Of a stretch of DNA of 64,000 nucleotides, positions 34,985-49,695 are shown in pieces (within the stretch, counting starts at the first letter, position 1; each line of letters begins with the position of its first letter). Origin of the DNA: Hydrurus foetidus (Eukaryota). Under the pieces are notes generated by a model. That model was not told the origin of the DNA. It saw nothing but the letters and a program-made list of their open reading frames with translations, and searched no databases. The DNA is taken from the NCBI GenBank assembly GCA_900617105.1, contig UYFQ01000723.1, positions 1 through 64,000 on the forward strand, read 5' to 3'. Made by a program: the position numbers and the translations under genes.

Positions 34985-37900
34985 ATGCAAACTATAATAA
35001 AAATATTATTAATAAATTCAAACAGTTTAAACTCACTTCTGAGCTGTTGGACTTTACAGCAGTTTATATAATGACAATTATTGTGTCATTATATGGAATG
35101 TATAAATTTAATACACGCCTAAGGAACAATTTCCAGACATTGTAGTGCCAACAATTTTTGTGCAAACTGTATATGTTGGTGAATTCTGCAAAGATATTGA
35201 AAACCTTATTACACGCCCAATTGAAACAATTGAAAGGTATTACAGGTGCAAAAGTTAAAAATTCAATCAACATCGCAACAAGATTTTAGTGCCATTGTAG
35301 CTTGAGTTTGGATACAGATGTTAAAACAGAATTAGCCAAACTAAAAGGGAAGATGCTGTTGATAAAGCTGCAACAGATTTACCAACTGATTTAACTACAC
35401 AGCCGCTGTTGCTGAGTTTGCGTTTAGTGAAATGCCTGTATGTATGTTAATCTAGGCGATTATGATGGGATGACGTTGAAACGTTATGCGAAAAATTACA
35501 AGACAGATTTGAAGAGTTAACAGAAATTAATCGTGCAGATATTGTTGGAGCACCAGAAAGAGATTCAAATTAATGTTGATCCTTTTAAAATGCAAGCTGC
35601 TAAATTAACTTTCAGGATATTAGTAATGCTATTGGATACGAGAATAAAGATGTGAGTGGTGGCTTGATTTGATGTGGGTGATATGAAAAGAACCATTCGT
35701 GTTAGGGTCAATTTGCAACAGCTTATGATATGCACAATATCGTTGTAAAACCTTACTGGTGGTGCCGTGTATTTACGTGATATTGCTCAAATTATCGACA
35801 CAGTTAAACAAACAGAAAGTTTTGCACGATTGGATGGCAAAAATGTTGTTACCCAAACATTGTAAAACGTGCTGGTGAAAACTTAATTGATGGTGCAGGA
35901 AAATTAAAAATTGTAGAAGAATTACAAGCTAATGGGCAAATTCCTCCAAAGGATAAATTAAAATTGTATTCACTGGTGACCTTAGTAAAAAACAGCCACA
36001 TCATTTAACGACCTTGTAAATACCATCATCATTGGTTTATTTTAGTACTGTTAGTCTTAATGTTTTTATGGAGTTACCAACGCATTCTTTGTGGCACTAA
36101 GTGTTCCATTAAGTGTGTTTGTTGCATTCCTGTTTTTGCCTGTTGCAAGTGGCATCATCGGCACAACAGTAACCCTCAATTTCATTGTACTCTTTGCACT
36201 CCTCTTTGGCTTGGAATTATAGTTGATGATGCCATTGTGGTAATAGAAAATACGCATAGAATTTATAACAATGGAAAAGTAAAAATCATTCTGCTGCAAA
36301 AGAAGCTGCTGGTGAGGTTTTCATTCCAGTATTAGTAGGAACTTTAACAACTGTTGCACCATTTTTCCCTTTATTAATGTGGAGGGATTGATTGGCAAGT
36401 TTATGATTTACTTGCCAACAATGTTAATCTTAACACTAGGTGCATCGTTGATTGTAGCATTTATTATCAACCCTGTGTTTGTTGTTGATTTTATGAAACC
36501 AGAAGGTAGAGAATTTGAAAACCCTAAAAAGAAATCTTTAAAAATGGTGGTTCTGGGCATTTGCAGGCTTTGGCGTTTTGCTTCATTTATCAGCTGGCAC
36601 GGCATTGCAAATTTCTTGTTCTTTATGGATTTAATGGTGATACTAAATGTTTACGTTTTACGTGGTGTTATTCATTTATTCCAAGAAAAATTATTGGTAG
36701 GATTGATGAACAAATACGAAAAATTGTTGAAATGGATTTTAGTAGGAACCAGACCAGTATGGGCTTTGCTAGTTTATTCGTTTTATTTATTGTATCAATT
36801 GTTGCAGTAAATATTAGAAATAATGATAAAACATTTTTCCCAAGTGGTGATCCAAATTTCGTTTATGTTTATTTAAAAATGCCAATAGGCACAAACACAG
36901 TTACTACAGATTCCATAACAAAATTTTAGAAAGTAAGGTATATAAAGTGTTAGATAAAGAACTTCCAGCTAAAGGTGGTATTGTAGAAAGTATTATTTCA
37001 AATGTAGCTGTAAGTGCCAATAATCCTCAAGATAATAACAGAAGTACACAAAGTAATTTGGGTAGAATTCAAGTTAGTTTTATTGAGCCTGAACATAGAG
37101 ATGGTAAAAAAACACAACCATTTTTAGATGAAATCGTAAGCAAATGAAACTGGGAATTGCTGGACAGAAATTACTGTTGAAAAAAGAAAATGGTGGCCCA
37201 CCAACTGAACCTCCTGTAAACATTGAGATTGCTGGTGACGACTTTGATGCCATTGCAAAAACTTCAATTGCTTTTATTAAATTATTTAGACACGAATAGA
37301 ATCACTGGAGTTGAAAAAATTAAAGCGGATATTGATTTAATTAATCCAGAAGTTTCTATTAAAGTTGATAGAGAAAAGCAATGAAAGAAAGGTGTTTTAC
37401 TTCACAAATTGGAATGGAAATTCGTAATGCTGTTTTGGTAAAGAAGTAAATTAAAAGATGGTGAAGATGAATATAAAATTCAAATTCGTTACAGTGATCT
37501 ACAACGCATAATATCAGTGATTTGATGAATATGCGTTTAACATTTAGAGATTTTGGAACAATGCAAATAAAACAAGTTCCACTAAATGCTGTTGCGACTG
37601 TTGACTATACAAATACTTCTGGTGGCGTAAAAAGAAAGAATTTAAAGCGAACGATTCAATTACAATCAAACGTAACAGATCCATCGTTTACAGGCCCTGC
37701 AAATGCTGAACTTACAAAGAAATAGATGTATTTAAAACCTTCTACAAATTACCAAATGATGTGAGCATTAAACAAGGTGGCGAAAGTGAACAACAAGCAG
37801 AAACAATGAGTTTTTGGGTGGTGCATTAATTACAGCATTGCTAATGATTTTCTTAATTCTTGTGTTACAATTCAAAGGAATAAGCAAGCCGTTTATTGTG

Positions 37901-38494
37901 TTAACAGAAATTTTCTTCTCTATCATTGGTGTGTTTTAGGCTATGCTTTAACAGGAATGACAATGGCATTTATTATGCTAGGTGTGGGCATTATTGGTCT
38001 TGCAGGTATAGTAATTAAAACGGAATTTTGTTAATTGAATTTACAGATGAATTGCGTGGAAGAGGTTATAAAACAAGGGCTGCAGCAATTGAAGCAGGAA
38101 AAATTCGTATCATTCCAGTATTGCTTACAGCATTAGCAACCATACTTGGTTTATTACCATTAGCAGTTGGTTTAAACATCAATTTTGGTACATTATTTAC
38201 AGACTTAAACCCTCATTTATTTTTGGTGGAGATAGTGTTGTGTTTTGGGGACCATTAAGCTGGACAATCATTTTTGGTTTAATATTCTCATTCTTCTTAA
38301 CACTCATAATGGTACCAAGTATGTATATCATTAGTGAAAGATTAAGAAGACCTATGACTCGTTTTTATGGTACTAAGTTCATAGCATTATTTGGTTTCTT
38401 AGGTCCATTCTTTTTATATTTGCTGGGTTAATGTTTTTAGTAAAACATTACAAGGAAAAAAGTTTGGATGGGAAAGTTAGTAAATGCAAAATAG
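34985..38494 (+). CDS. RND efflux permease (AcrB/AcrD/AcrF family)
   Basis: PKEQFPDIVVP; LGIIVDDAIVVIENTHR; LIEFTDELR; RIIPVLLTALATILGLLPLA. Confidence 0.9.
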
Positions 38495-38565
38495 TTGATA
38501 AGTAAATAATCTTCAAATTTTCAAATTAGAAATTTTGAAATAAAGTAGGTTGGTTTTGGTTTATA

Positions 38566-38597
38566 AAGTGCCGTTCTCGAAAGAGGCGGCATTTTTA
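38566..38597 (+). terminator. Rho-independent terminator
   Basis: AAAGTGCCGTTCT...AGAGGCGGCATTTTT. Confidence 0.65.
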
Positions 38598-38649
38598 TTA
38601 TAGTTTTATTAAAAATCTTTACTTTTAATCAGTAATTTTTAAACCAAGT

Positions 38650-39225
38650 ATGACGGAACAATCTTTAATAAAAGCCTGTAGCCAAAACAATGCTGTTGCA
38701 CAACGAGAGTTGTACAATCGTTTTAGTGGTATGCTATTTGGCATTTGTTATAGATATGCATACAATAGAGAAGATGCAGAAGATATGTTACAAGAGGGTT
38801 TTATTAAAATATTTTCACGTATTAGTAGCTTTGAAAATAAAGGAAACTTTGAAGGCTGGATGAAGAGAGTTGTTGTTCATACTTGCATTAACTATCTTAA
38901 AAAAATCAAAATTTACTGATCACATTAGTTTAGAAAATGCACAATATCTAGCAGCAAAAGAAGAAGGTATTGCTAGCAAACTTTTGGGCAAGCAAGTTAT
39001 TGAGTGTTTAAGATTAATGCCAATTGGATACAGAACTGTAATTAATATGTACGCCATTGAAGGCTTTAGCCATAAAGAGATTGGCGATATTTTAGAAATT
39101 GAAGAAAGCACCAGCAGAAGTCAATTTATTAGAGGAAAAAGTGTTTTAGAATCCATATTAATAAAGAAAAAATAATTAATTCAACAAGTGAGAAATTAGA
39201 ATGGTTGGCATTGCTGAGTAGCTAG
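38650..39225 (+). CDS. ECF RNA polymerase sigma-70 factor
   Basis: AQRELYNRFS...AEDMLQEGFIKIF...FEGWMKR; GFSHKEIGDILEIEESTSRSQ. Confidence 0.9.
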
Positions 39226-39230
39226 ATTTT

Positions 39231-40655
39231 ATGAAACAAAAGTTTAACACAAATAACGATTCAATTGAACAGCTATTACAAAAGAAGCTGATAAGTATCG
39301 TATGTATCCATCTGATAAGGTTTGGGATAATATTCGTGTAGAACTTCACGGAAAACCAAAATGGCCAGCACTTCTTTTACTTTTATTTCAATAACAGTTG
39401 CCCGACAGTTATTACAATTATCAATTATCCACCTCAAAATTTGTAGCCGATAATAACGTAAACGCAAAACAGATTAGTCATTTAGATATTTCTCATAATA
39501 CCAAACAACCAGTTTCACAATCAAGTTTAATTGTGAAAACAAATTCTTCAAAATCAAGTTCAATTCCTTTTTAGCAGATATTTACAAGCTACAAAAGAAA
39601 TTGATAATTCAGAAAATATTGTTTTGAATTTATCATCACCCAATTCTGACATTTCAAACACTGAAAAATCTAACAATACAAATCAGCAAAATATACTTGA
39701 AGACAAAAGCAAGTGAATTGAATTCAATGTATTTTAGAAAGGCAAAACGAGAAATAAATGAGCAAGTAATTAATGCATCCGGAAATGACTTTGATATTAC
39801 AAATGAACAGCAAGATTCTTCAAATTCAAGTAATGCTTCAAACAATATCCTTGTCGAAAACATTGCTATAAAAGCAATCAATCGGATGATTATTTAAATC
39901 AATTCAAAAAATAATTCAGTTTCAAAAACAATTCAACTAGTAAATGGAAAGTTCAGTTTTATTTAACGCCATCTAATAGTTACAGAACATTAGAGGATGA
40001 CAAAGCAAGACTTTCTTACACCAGCAATCAAGCAGACAGACAAGCACTAGGCACTAATATTAATGACGTTGTAAAACACAAACCAGCAGTAGGTGGAGAG
40101 TTTGGTGTATCTTTTTATATGGATTAACTAAAAATTTCTACATAAAATCTGGCTTCCAATTCAACGTTCGCCAATATGGTATTGATGCATACAGAACCAA
40201 TGGTAGTGCAGCATTTGCCTTTGTTCAAAATAATCAACTTAATACAATAACATTTCAATCTGTCTATAGCACCAAGCAAGGAAATAGTGAGATTAAATTA
40301 GAAAATCAACTATATCAAATATCAGCACCAATTGGTTTGCAATGGGATGTTGTTGATGGTGAGCGATGGGGTTTAAGTGCAGCAGCTACTATACAACCCA
40401 CTTATACACTTAATAAAAGTGTTTACGTTGTTTCTACAGATTATAAGTTTTATGCAGATGGAACACCATTTTTTCGTCGTTGGAATATTAATTCTAGCAC
40501 CGAATTATGCTTAACCCTTAAATCAAAAATGTAAAATGGTTTATTGGACCACAAATCAGGTATCAGCAACTACCAACTTATAATGATATTTATCCAATTA
40601 AAGAATACAGGGTAGATTATGGTATTAAATTTGGATTTACAAAACTTATAGCAAC
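39231..40655 (+). CDS. ECF-sigma-associated protein with low-complexity linker and C-terminal beta-barrel
   Basis: ADKYRMYPSDKVWDNI; TM segment; FYLTPSNSYRTL; GPQIRYQ; DYGIKFGFTK. Confidence 0.7.
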
Positions 40656-40775
40656 TGAATCTTTAAAACTCTGTTTTTGTTACAAGTTTTCTAACAAAAA
40701 ATAAAAAGCCCTAGGCAGCGAAATCATTTATTCCTGCATCATAAACCTAAACAAACATTAACCAAAAACATTGTT

Positions 40776-43077
40776 ATGAAAATCCTTCAATTATTGCTCA
40801 TTGCAATAATTACAATTGTTAGTAGTTGCAAAAAAAATGAAGTAACAACTACACCAGATCCTATTGTTCCTTTTGATAATGCTAAAACCGTCACTACTGT
40901 GGTTGCTGGTAAAGTAACTGCACAAGATGGAACAGCATTGAATAATGTAGAAATTACAATTGGAACTTCTACAACAGTTACAGATGTAAATGGAAACTTT
41001 ATTATTACTAAGGCAACACTTAGCGAAAAGCTGGCTTAATTAAAGCTACGAAAACTGGTTATTTTGGTGGAAGTAGAACCATTATTGCTAAAAGAAAAGT
41101 AGTAAATAATGTAGAGATTCAATTAGTAAAGAAAAATTAGTGGCGATTTTACCAATGCAAGTGGTGGAACCATTATGGTAGCAACAGGTGGTTCAGTTGC
41201 GTTTCCAGCAAATGCAATAGTTACAAAATCAGGTGCTGCATATAGTGGCACAGTAAAGTTTCTGCTTACTTTTAGATCAACAAGCAGCAATTGTTATAAA
41301 GAAATGCCAGGTGATTTGCGTGGTATTAATACCAACAATAATGAGCAAATTTTAACAAGTTATGGAATGATGGCTGTTGAGCTAAATGGCAGCAATGGCG
41401 AGGCTTTGCAACTAGCAACTGGTAAGAACGCTACTGTTACTTTTCCTATTGCAGCAGCTACACAAAGTGCTGCACCAACAACCATTCCTCTTTGGTTTTG
41501 ATGAAACAAAGGGATGTGGGTAGAACAAGGTTCTGCTACGAAAACTGGTAATAACTATGTAGGTACAGTTTCTCATTTTACGTGGTGGAATTGCGATTGG
41601 GGAAGTCCATTAATAAATCTAACACTTAGAGTTGTAGACCAAAATGGAAACCAATCAGTAATGCTTATGTACGTTTAACAAGAAATGCTGGAACTTCAAG
41701 CTGGGGAAATTCATCGGAGGCTACACACACAGTGATGGAACTATTAGTGGTGCTGTGCCTTACAATGAAAGTTTTACTATAAAAGTTTTAACAACAACCC
41801 ATCGTGTCAACTAATTTCTACCACTACCAACATTGGACCATTTACGCAAAACACAAATTATGGTGACATCGTTGTTAGTTCAGTTACAGCAAATACAATA
41901 ACCATTAAAGGAAATGTGGCTGATTGCAGTAACAATCTAGTGGCTAACGGTTATGCACTCATTAAGTTCAACAACAATTACTATTATACTAATGTGTTAA
42001 ATGGATTATTTAGTAAAACAATTGTTTCTTGTAGTACTTCGCCAACTGGCACAGCTACTGTTGATGTATTTGACTTAACAACGCTAAAACAAAATATAAC
42101 TCCAGCAACTGTAAATATCACAGGTTGGAACATTTAATATTGGACAAGTGGCTGCTTGTGTGCAGAATATTGTACGTTATATTGCTGGATTTGTTGACCA
42201 GAATGGGGCAACTGTTAATGCAACTATGAAAGTAGTTTTGTAGGTGATTCAACCCAAAGCTATACTTTACAAGCTCCAGGGGAGGTCTTAACATTTATCT
42301 TCACGCAAATAAAATAATTACTAGAAAGGTTTATGTGTATACTAATTGTGGTGGTTATGTACTGGTTGACTCAACACAAATTGGTCCTTTGCTACAGATT
42401 TTAATGCTGGAATAATTAATATTACTCTACCACAAACAAATTCATTTACAATTAGTGGAACTGTTAAAGACTGTAGTAACAATACAGTAACCAGTGGATC
42501 ATGCAGCTGCACAAATAGATGGTCAAAATTTTTCTGCACCAATTACAAATGGAAGTTTTACAATACCAGTAACTAGATGTAGCACAAATACTGTTACAGC
42601 AACTGTTATAGTTTTAGATAACATTACTCAACAACAAAATAGTACACCAATTACTGTAAGTGTTAGTAATACAAATGTCAATGTTGGGAATGTACAAGCT
42701 TGTGGAGTTAGTTTAAGTGAATTTTAAATTATACTTTTAATAATACTACTTACAATCTGATTCATTGCAAGCCTACCAACAAAACTTAACTTACATTTCT
42801 GGTTTTAAATACAGCACTGTAGTAGGTTACACAAGTTTTAATGGCAACTTTAATGGTTTGGGTATTGGCACTTATGCTTTAAACATCAATTTACAAACTG
42901 GTAATGCTGCATACAATACATCAAACAATATTCCCAATGCAACAGTAACAGCTACAATTACAGAATATGGTGTAGTCGGTCAATATATTGCGGGAACATT
43001 TACTGGCAATTTTACAATCTGGAACAACATTAACAAAACCAATATCTGGTTCATTCAGAATTAAACGAACTCAATAA
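40776..43077 (+). CDS. Large lipoprotein with carboxypeptidase-regulatory-like domains
   Basis: IVSSCKK; EMPGDLRG; LTSYGMMAVEL; YVGTVSHFTWWNCD. Confidence 0.8.
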
Positions 43078-43086
43078 AATTTATAA

Positions 43087-43122
43087 AATAAAAAGCCCAC
43101 TAAATCGTGGGCTTTTTATTTT
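43087..43122. terminator. Bidirectional terminator
   Basis: AAATAAAAAGCCCAC...GTGGGCTTTTTATTT between convergent genes. Confidence 0.75.
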
Positions 43123-43124
43123 GT

Positions 43125-45286
43125 AGTTTCCATTGTCTTATAATAAGCCATAATAAAAATAGCACCAAGGTTTTATATGGGGAATATAGTCATCAAAACG
43201 TTCTTTCAATTCTTTGCGATTGGCATATTTATTTTCTAATGTTTTCCAAAGTTGTTGCCAATTAAGATCTTTTGCCCTGTTTCAAGCTCTCCATTATTAA
43301 ATCAATCATAGCCATATTAATCACTCCTGTACCAATTTGTTTGCTGGCAATAATTTGTGCTTGTGGGCTAATATTTAAAACCTTGCTTAAACTATGATAT
43401 CCCCACAACTACCTAGCAACACCAGTTTAGCATAAGCAGTTATTTGTTTAATGCTAGATTTAACATAGTAACTGTGCCCACGATGAATTGCAATGGTTGG
43501 ATAAATGCTTAGAGAATCTAGATAATCATATAATTTTTTGTGCTGCGTCATCCAATCCTTCATCTTCATTTAAAGGACGATTTGCATAAATAGTAATTGG
43601 GTTTGTACCATTACTGCTAACTTCTACCCAATTATGTTTGTTTATAATTCTCCAGCCACTGCTTCTAAAAAGAATTTACAAAATCGTTAAAAATCTTTGC
43701 CATCTTTATCTCCATAAAAAATTGCTGTACATTAATTCTGCCTTTATCATCTTTTAAACTAATATTATTTAAAATATTAATAGAAGGAATGTTGAACACA
43801 GTTGTTAACTCTGCTTTTGCAGAAGAATCAAACGAAGCAAATATTTGATTGAGCAAACCATAGATAACTTTCCTTTTTTATTATTGTTTTGAAGGTGGAT
43901 TTGCAAATTGTTTTTACTTCTGTAGCAATAATTTTTGATAGATGAATCTCTAATGCTACCATAAGAATCTGCCACATCAACAGCTTCTTCCAAACTCAAT
44001 ATTCATCTAAGTTACTAGCAAAACTTTTAGCAAATTCTCTGCAACAGCTCTATCCATCTTTGATAAAAATCCTCCAACATATTAAACGATGCACACATTT
44101 TAAGAACTTTCTATAATAGCCGTAATGCACCATTCGCAGCAGAGTATCAGTTTGCATTTTGCCTAATCCTTCAATCATTTTAGGATAAACGCCACTAATA
44201 AAACTACTAGTATAAAGCTCCTCCTCTCCCATTATTGTTATAAATACAATTCTTCTGGAGCAAGGTTTTAATTTTATCGAAACGAACAGTAGCATTGGTT
44301 CCTCGTGCAAAGCATTGATGGGTGTTATATAATTTTCTAACGCTTTTGCTTTTATTTTATCTGTTAAAGCATCCATTGAAAAAGGCTTTTTCCTTGCTGT
44401 TTTGCACTTCATAAACATTTTGTGTTTTCACCAAAAGTTTAAAATATGCATCATCATTTACAATGGTTTTATTAATGTCTTCAACAGTCAAATGCTTGGC
44501 AATAATTTCATCTAAAATGGAAATAAAAATCTCCCTTCATTAACAGATGCCATTTGGCAAACAGCACTAACCATTGGCTCTTTAATATTTTAATTCTTTA
44601 ACAAGCTCTGTATTTGATGCTGCATAATCATACAGTTCTTGTGGATTGATATATGCAAAATCAATAATCAAACTATCTGCACCTTTCAAATTGGGATATT
44701 TAGATAATATTCTTAAAGTGCTTTCAGGATTTTTTGCAAAGTTTATAAACCAAGATAAGTTTACTTTCTTCAATACCACTATTGCCTTGTATAGCAAAAT
44801 TGGCAAGTAGAATAGTGCCTACTTCCAATGGGGCATCTTCAATAATTGGTTTAATGGATTGATGCTCCATTTGAAGCACCATTGCTTGTGTGTAGCTATT
44901 AATCAAATCGTAGAGATGAATCGGAGCTATTGCGTTTCGTTTACAGTTATTAATAAATTCTTCTAACATATCATTAATACCACGAAGCCACCTATACTTA
45001 TCAGCATCAGCAATTCTTTCATCAGTTTCTACAAAATATTGTAAAAATCTACTTTACTTTTAAGGATATGTGTAACAAAAGATTTACATCAATATCGTTC
45101 GATGCAATAAAACAGAATCTCTTTTGCAATTGAGTGCTAGAATTTTTGTTGAGACTTATCAATATTATCACGAAAAATTTGCCTAAGTTGTGGAATATTG
45201 GGCACTTGATAATGCCCAGGTTGTGACATACCACTAACCCAAAACATTAAAAGAAGTATAACCGAATATGCCGACTTATTTATCAT
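43125..45286 (-). CDS. Conserved hypothetical exported protein
   Basis: Fragments FITIMGEEELYTSSF, SLEEAVDVADSYGSI, PTIAIHRGHSYYV, LVLLGSCG, QIIASKQIGTG. Confidence 0.7.
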
Positions 45287-45388
45287 TACTACTCAAATGT
45301 ATTAACTATGCACTGCTTAACAATTACATAATGCTGATTAATCCTTAGAATGTTAATTGGCTATTAATTTTGTGTAAACAAACCTTGT

Positions 45389-46056
45389 ATGGAAAACGAA
45401 TTAAAGAAAATACTTATTGCAGACGATGAGCCAGATATTTTAGAAATCATTGGATTTAATTTAGAAAAGAAGGATTTATTGTTTACAAGGCTGTAGATGG
45501 TAATGATGCTATTGCAAAAGCACAAAATTATTACCCGACTTAATTATTCTAGATGTAATGATGCCCCAAAAACTGGTATAGAAGTTTGTGGCATTCTTAG
45601 ACAAAACCCTCAACTAAAAGAAAACCAATTATTCTACTTACAGCTATTAGTGATGAGCAAACACATATAAAAGGTTTAGAATCTGGTGCAGATGATTATG
45701 TAAACAAACCATTAGCCCAAAAGTTTTAGTGAGTCGTGTTAATTCTTTATTTCGTAGAACACGAAATATTGATTTAGATAAATCTATTGAAATTGGGGGC
45801 ATATTAATAGACCCAGTTAAATTTACTGTTACCAGCAATGGCAAAATGTAGTGCTTGCTAAAAAGAATTTGAATTACTTCGTTTACTTGCATCGAAACCT
45901 GGACGTGTTTTAAGGGATGAAATCTTGCAAATGGTTTGGGGTAATGATGTTATTGTTGGCGATAGAACCATTGATGTGTGTTAGAAAAGTGAGACAAAAA
46001 TGGAGACTGATTGCATTTCAACAGTAAAGGGTGTTGGTTATAAGTTTGAATTGTAG
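45389..46056 (+). CDS. OmpR/PhoB-family response regulator
   Basis: [53 protein letters not shown]. Confidence 0.9.
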
Positions 46057-46096
46057 TCCATTAAATTATCAATAATAAATTGCTTTACTTTGAGGT

Positions 46097-47126
46097 ATGT
46101 TTAAGAGAAAAAATTTATCGATTCAATACCTTACTTTCCTATCAGCGTTTATTATTTCAATTGTAGTTACTATTGTTTTGCATTAATAACACATAACTTG
46201 GTTGTTACATTTATCAGTTTTGCATTTTTCTTACCTCTATTTATTTCTTCCTAAGCTATGTTTTCAATTGGTTTATTTATAGAAAAATAAAGTTGATCTA
46301 TAAACTTATCTATAATACCAAAGCCAATAAAAAGCTGAGTCCTATTACAAACATATTCTACCACAAAAAGTATTGAAGAGGTTGGTGAAGAAGTTGAAGA
46401 TTGGGCAACACAGCAAGCAGCAGCATTGGAATTGATGCAAAAACGAAGCATTTAGAAAGGAGTTTCTTCAGAATTTATCTCACGAATTAAAGACACCAAT
46501 ATTTGCTATTCAAGGCTATATAGAAACCATTTTGCCAGAAATGGAAGACAATTCTATCAATCAAAAATTTTAACAAATGCCCATAAAAATGTAGAAAGAA
46601 TGGTGCATTTATTAAAAGATCTTGATGAAATTACCAAGCTAGAAACTGGTGAACAACCATTAAACAAAACAAAATTTGTTATACAAGATTTAATTAAAGA
46701 AGTTTTGAAACACTGTACATCAAAACACAAAATCTTAATCTAAAAGCACAATAAAAAAGGCTGCGAGCAGCCCATTACAGTTTTTGCAGACAAGGAAAAA
46801 TTAGACAAGTGCTAAATAATCTTGTTGTTAACGCAAGTAAATATGGCAAGCAAAATGGTAACATCATTGCAGGCATTTATAAAACCGATGATAGAAATGT
46901 ATTAATAGAAATCAGTGATGATGGTATTGGTATTGCTGAAGAACATTTACAAAGAGTATTTGAACGTTTTTACAGAACAGATAAGGGTCGTAGTAGAAAT
47001 ATTGGTGGTAGTGGTTTAGGTCTTTCAATTTGTAAACATATTATAGAAGCTCATAATAAAACCATTCATGTGCGTAGCACACCCAATGTTGGCACTACCA
47101 TTGGTTTTTCTTTAGATGTTAAATAG
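46097..47126 (+). CDS. PhoR-like sensor histidine kinase
   Basis: EFLQNLSHELKTPIFAIQGY; VFERFYRTDKGRSRNIGGSGLGLSI. Confidence 0.9.
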
Positions 47127-47131
47127 ATTGA

Positions 47132-47500
47132 ATGTTTAAGATTAATAAGCAATACTTAATTGCAACTATCATACTTTTCATAATAGAATTACTCATCGAT
47201 TTTATGTTCACGATGCTATCGTACGTCCTTTATTGGAGATTTTTTAGTGGTAATTTTACTTTACTGCTTTGTAAAAGCATATTCAATATTACCATAACTA
47301 AAGCAAGCAATTTATGTGTTATTGTTTGCGTATTTTGTAGAGATAATGCAAGGATTAAAGTTTGTAGAATTAATTGGTTTAAGCAATTATAAAATTGCCA
47401 GAATACTAATTGGAACAACTTTTCGTGGATAGATGTTATTTGTTACACCATTGGAATTACTGTAGTAATAATTGTAGAGAAACTTAGATATTCAAAATAG
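47132..47500 (+). CDS. DUF2809-family membrane protein
   Basis: YLIATIILFIIELLI; HDAIVRP.IGDFLVVILLYCFVK; ARILIGTTF. Confidence 0.75.
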
Positions 47501-48286
47501 CATATAGCTCTTCTAAGTGTGGTGTTGGGCTACCACCTTTTTGTTCAAGTGTTACTGCAAAGCTTGAGCACCTTCGACAGATTTCATATTTTGAATAGAA
47601 CCATCGGTATTAAACACACCTAAATCAATTGGTTTGCCATCTTTAAGGCCCAAAGTTGGTATTGTTTATCTGATGCCGTTTGTGGTAATTGCACATTGTT
47701 TACATAAACATTACCAGTTTTATTATTCCATAAAACAACCATCGTTTTCCCAATGCTTTTGCATTGCCAGTTAAAACAAAAGGTTTGTTATTTTCTACAG
47801 ATAAGGTTGCTAGTTGATTTTTGAAATTTTGTTCATTAGATGCTTTATCTTTTTCTATTTCATCTATTTTTCTGTTCAGTGCTAACTCTTTTTGATTGTA
47901 GTTAGATTGCAAAATAAAATAAACAGACGCAGCACCAACTATTAGTGCAATAGATGCTGCAACTAAATATTTCTTGCTTGAAAACTGCTTAACTGGCGTT
48001 GTAGATTCATTAGTAAAACTGATTTTAACTCTACAATTTTTGCAACAGGTATTACTTCAACAATTTCTTTTTCTATTTCTTCAAAAATATTTTTTCTTAT
48101 ATGAGATGGAACTTCAATGGCATTATCCAAAGCAAAACCTTCAAGTGCAATTTGCACTTTTAAAAGTTCCTCTTGTAATTCGGGATATATGTGGCTCATA
48201 CATTCTACCTCTTTCTTTTCCGAGGAGAAACGTCGCCTAAAACATATTGTTCTAGAATACGATGATATGTAATCATTAATATTCAT
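47484..48286 (-). CDS. Anti-sigma factor (RskA-like)
   Basis: MNINDYISS; TM; LPQTASDKQYQLWA; KPIDLGVF; AVTLEQKGGSPTP. Confidence 0.8.
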
Positions 48287-48817
48287 CTAATTTTAAAAAC
48301 ACTTTTAAAGTTGTGAGTCCCATTCTTATTCTAGTTTTACTGTTCCCAAAGGTATATCTAATGCCTTTGATGCTTCTTCGTGAGTTAATCCATTAAAATA
48401 AATTGCCTGGATTACTACGTTTTGCTCGGTGTTAAATACTTCAGCGAGTTTTTCAACCCTATGCTATCAGTATTCATTTGCACTGTTCGCAAGCTATCTA
48501 CATATACGTTCTCTGTGTCTGTTTGGATTGATGGTCTTGAATTTGCTTTTCGCAAAGCATCTAATGCCGTGTTTTACTGATGTTCAACATCCAAGTAAAA
48601 ATAGTTGCCTTAGTATCATCGTAGCTATCAATATTCTTCCAAATCTTCAAGAAACTTTCTTGTAACACATCTTCAGCTACTTCATTTGAATTAACAATTC
48701 GTAATATAATATTGAATAGAGCACCGAGTATTTGTCATACAAATTCTCAAAGGCTTTTTTCTTTGCTTTAAGTGCTGCAATAGAAACTGGTGTGCTATCG
48801 TTGTTAATACTTGTCAA
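48284..48817 (-). CDS. ECF RNA polymerase sigma-70 factor
   Basis: AFENLYDKYS; EVAEDVLQE; YFNGLTHEEASKALDIPLGTVKTRIRMG. Confidence 0.85.
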
Positions 48818-48897
48818 TGTTTGAGGTAGCGAAAATATATGAATCCATTATACTTACGCATCAAGATTAAATAAAGTTTTCTTTATCGTAAAAAAAA

Positions 48898-49617
48898 TTA
48901 GAATATATCATTTCATCAAATCTCTAATAACAACACTGGCTGTAACAGCACCAAAACTGCTGGCAAATAAGAGATGGTGCCGTAAGCAGATTTTGTAGTT
49001 CTTACCATCTGTTAACATCAAACTTTTTAATAGGTGCTTCTGGAGAAAACACCACTTTTATTCCTCTTCTAATATTAAATCTATTTTTAAATTCTTGCGT
49101 ATTTGCTGTGCAAAGGGCAATTATAAGTTTTAGAAATATCTACTACTTTAAGTTGTGTGGGATCAAGTTTAGCACCCGCACCCATACTACAAACCATTGG
49201 TAGCCCTTTTCGTAAGCCAATGAAATAAAAGTTATTTTGGAGTAATACTATCAATAGCATCAATAATATAATCTGGATTTGTAGCAAGTTGTTCTTCTAC
49301 CATTTCTGGATTTAAAAATTGTTTTACAACTACTAATTCCAATTCTGGATTAATTGCTTGTAATCTTTCAGCCATAATCTCAGCTTTGATACACCGTGAT
49401 TGGTTGCCAATGCAGGCAACTGTCTGTTACGATTGGTTGGGTCAACAACATCTCCATCAATAATGGTCATTTTACCAACGCCACTTCTTGCAATAAATTC
49501 AGCAGCAAAGAACCAACACCACCAAGCCCAACAACCATTACGTGGCTATTAGCAAGTTTATGCAGTTTCTCCAATTAATAATTCTGTTCTTGATAACCAA
49601 GAAAAATCTGTTGTCAT
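48898..49617 (-). CDS. tcdA: tRNA threonylcarbamoyladenosine dehydratase (ThiF/TcdA family)
   Basis: HVMVVGLGGVGSFAAEFIARSGVGKMTIIDGDVVDPTNRNRQL; SMGAGAKLDPT; SAYGTIS. Confidence 0.85.
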
Positions 49618-49695
49618 ATTTGATGCATTAGATTGATTGCAAATAAAACGAAAAGCCACTAGCAATGCTAATGGCTTTTAAATATGATAAATTGT

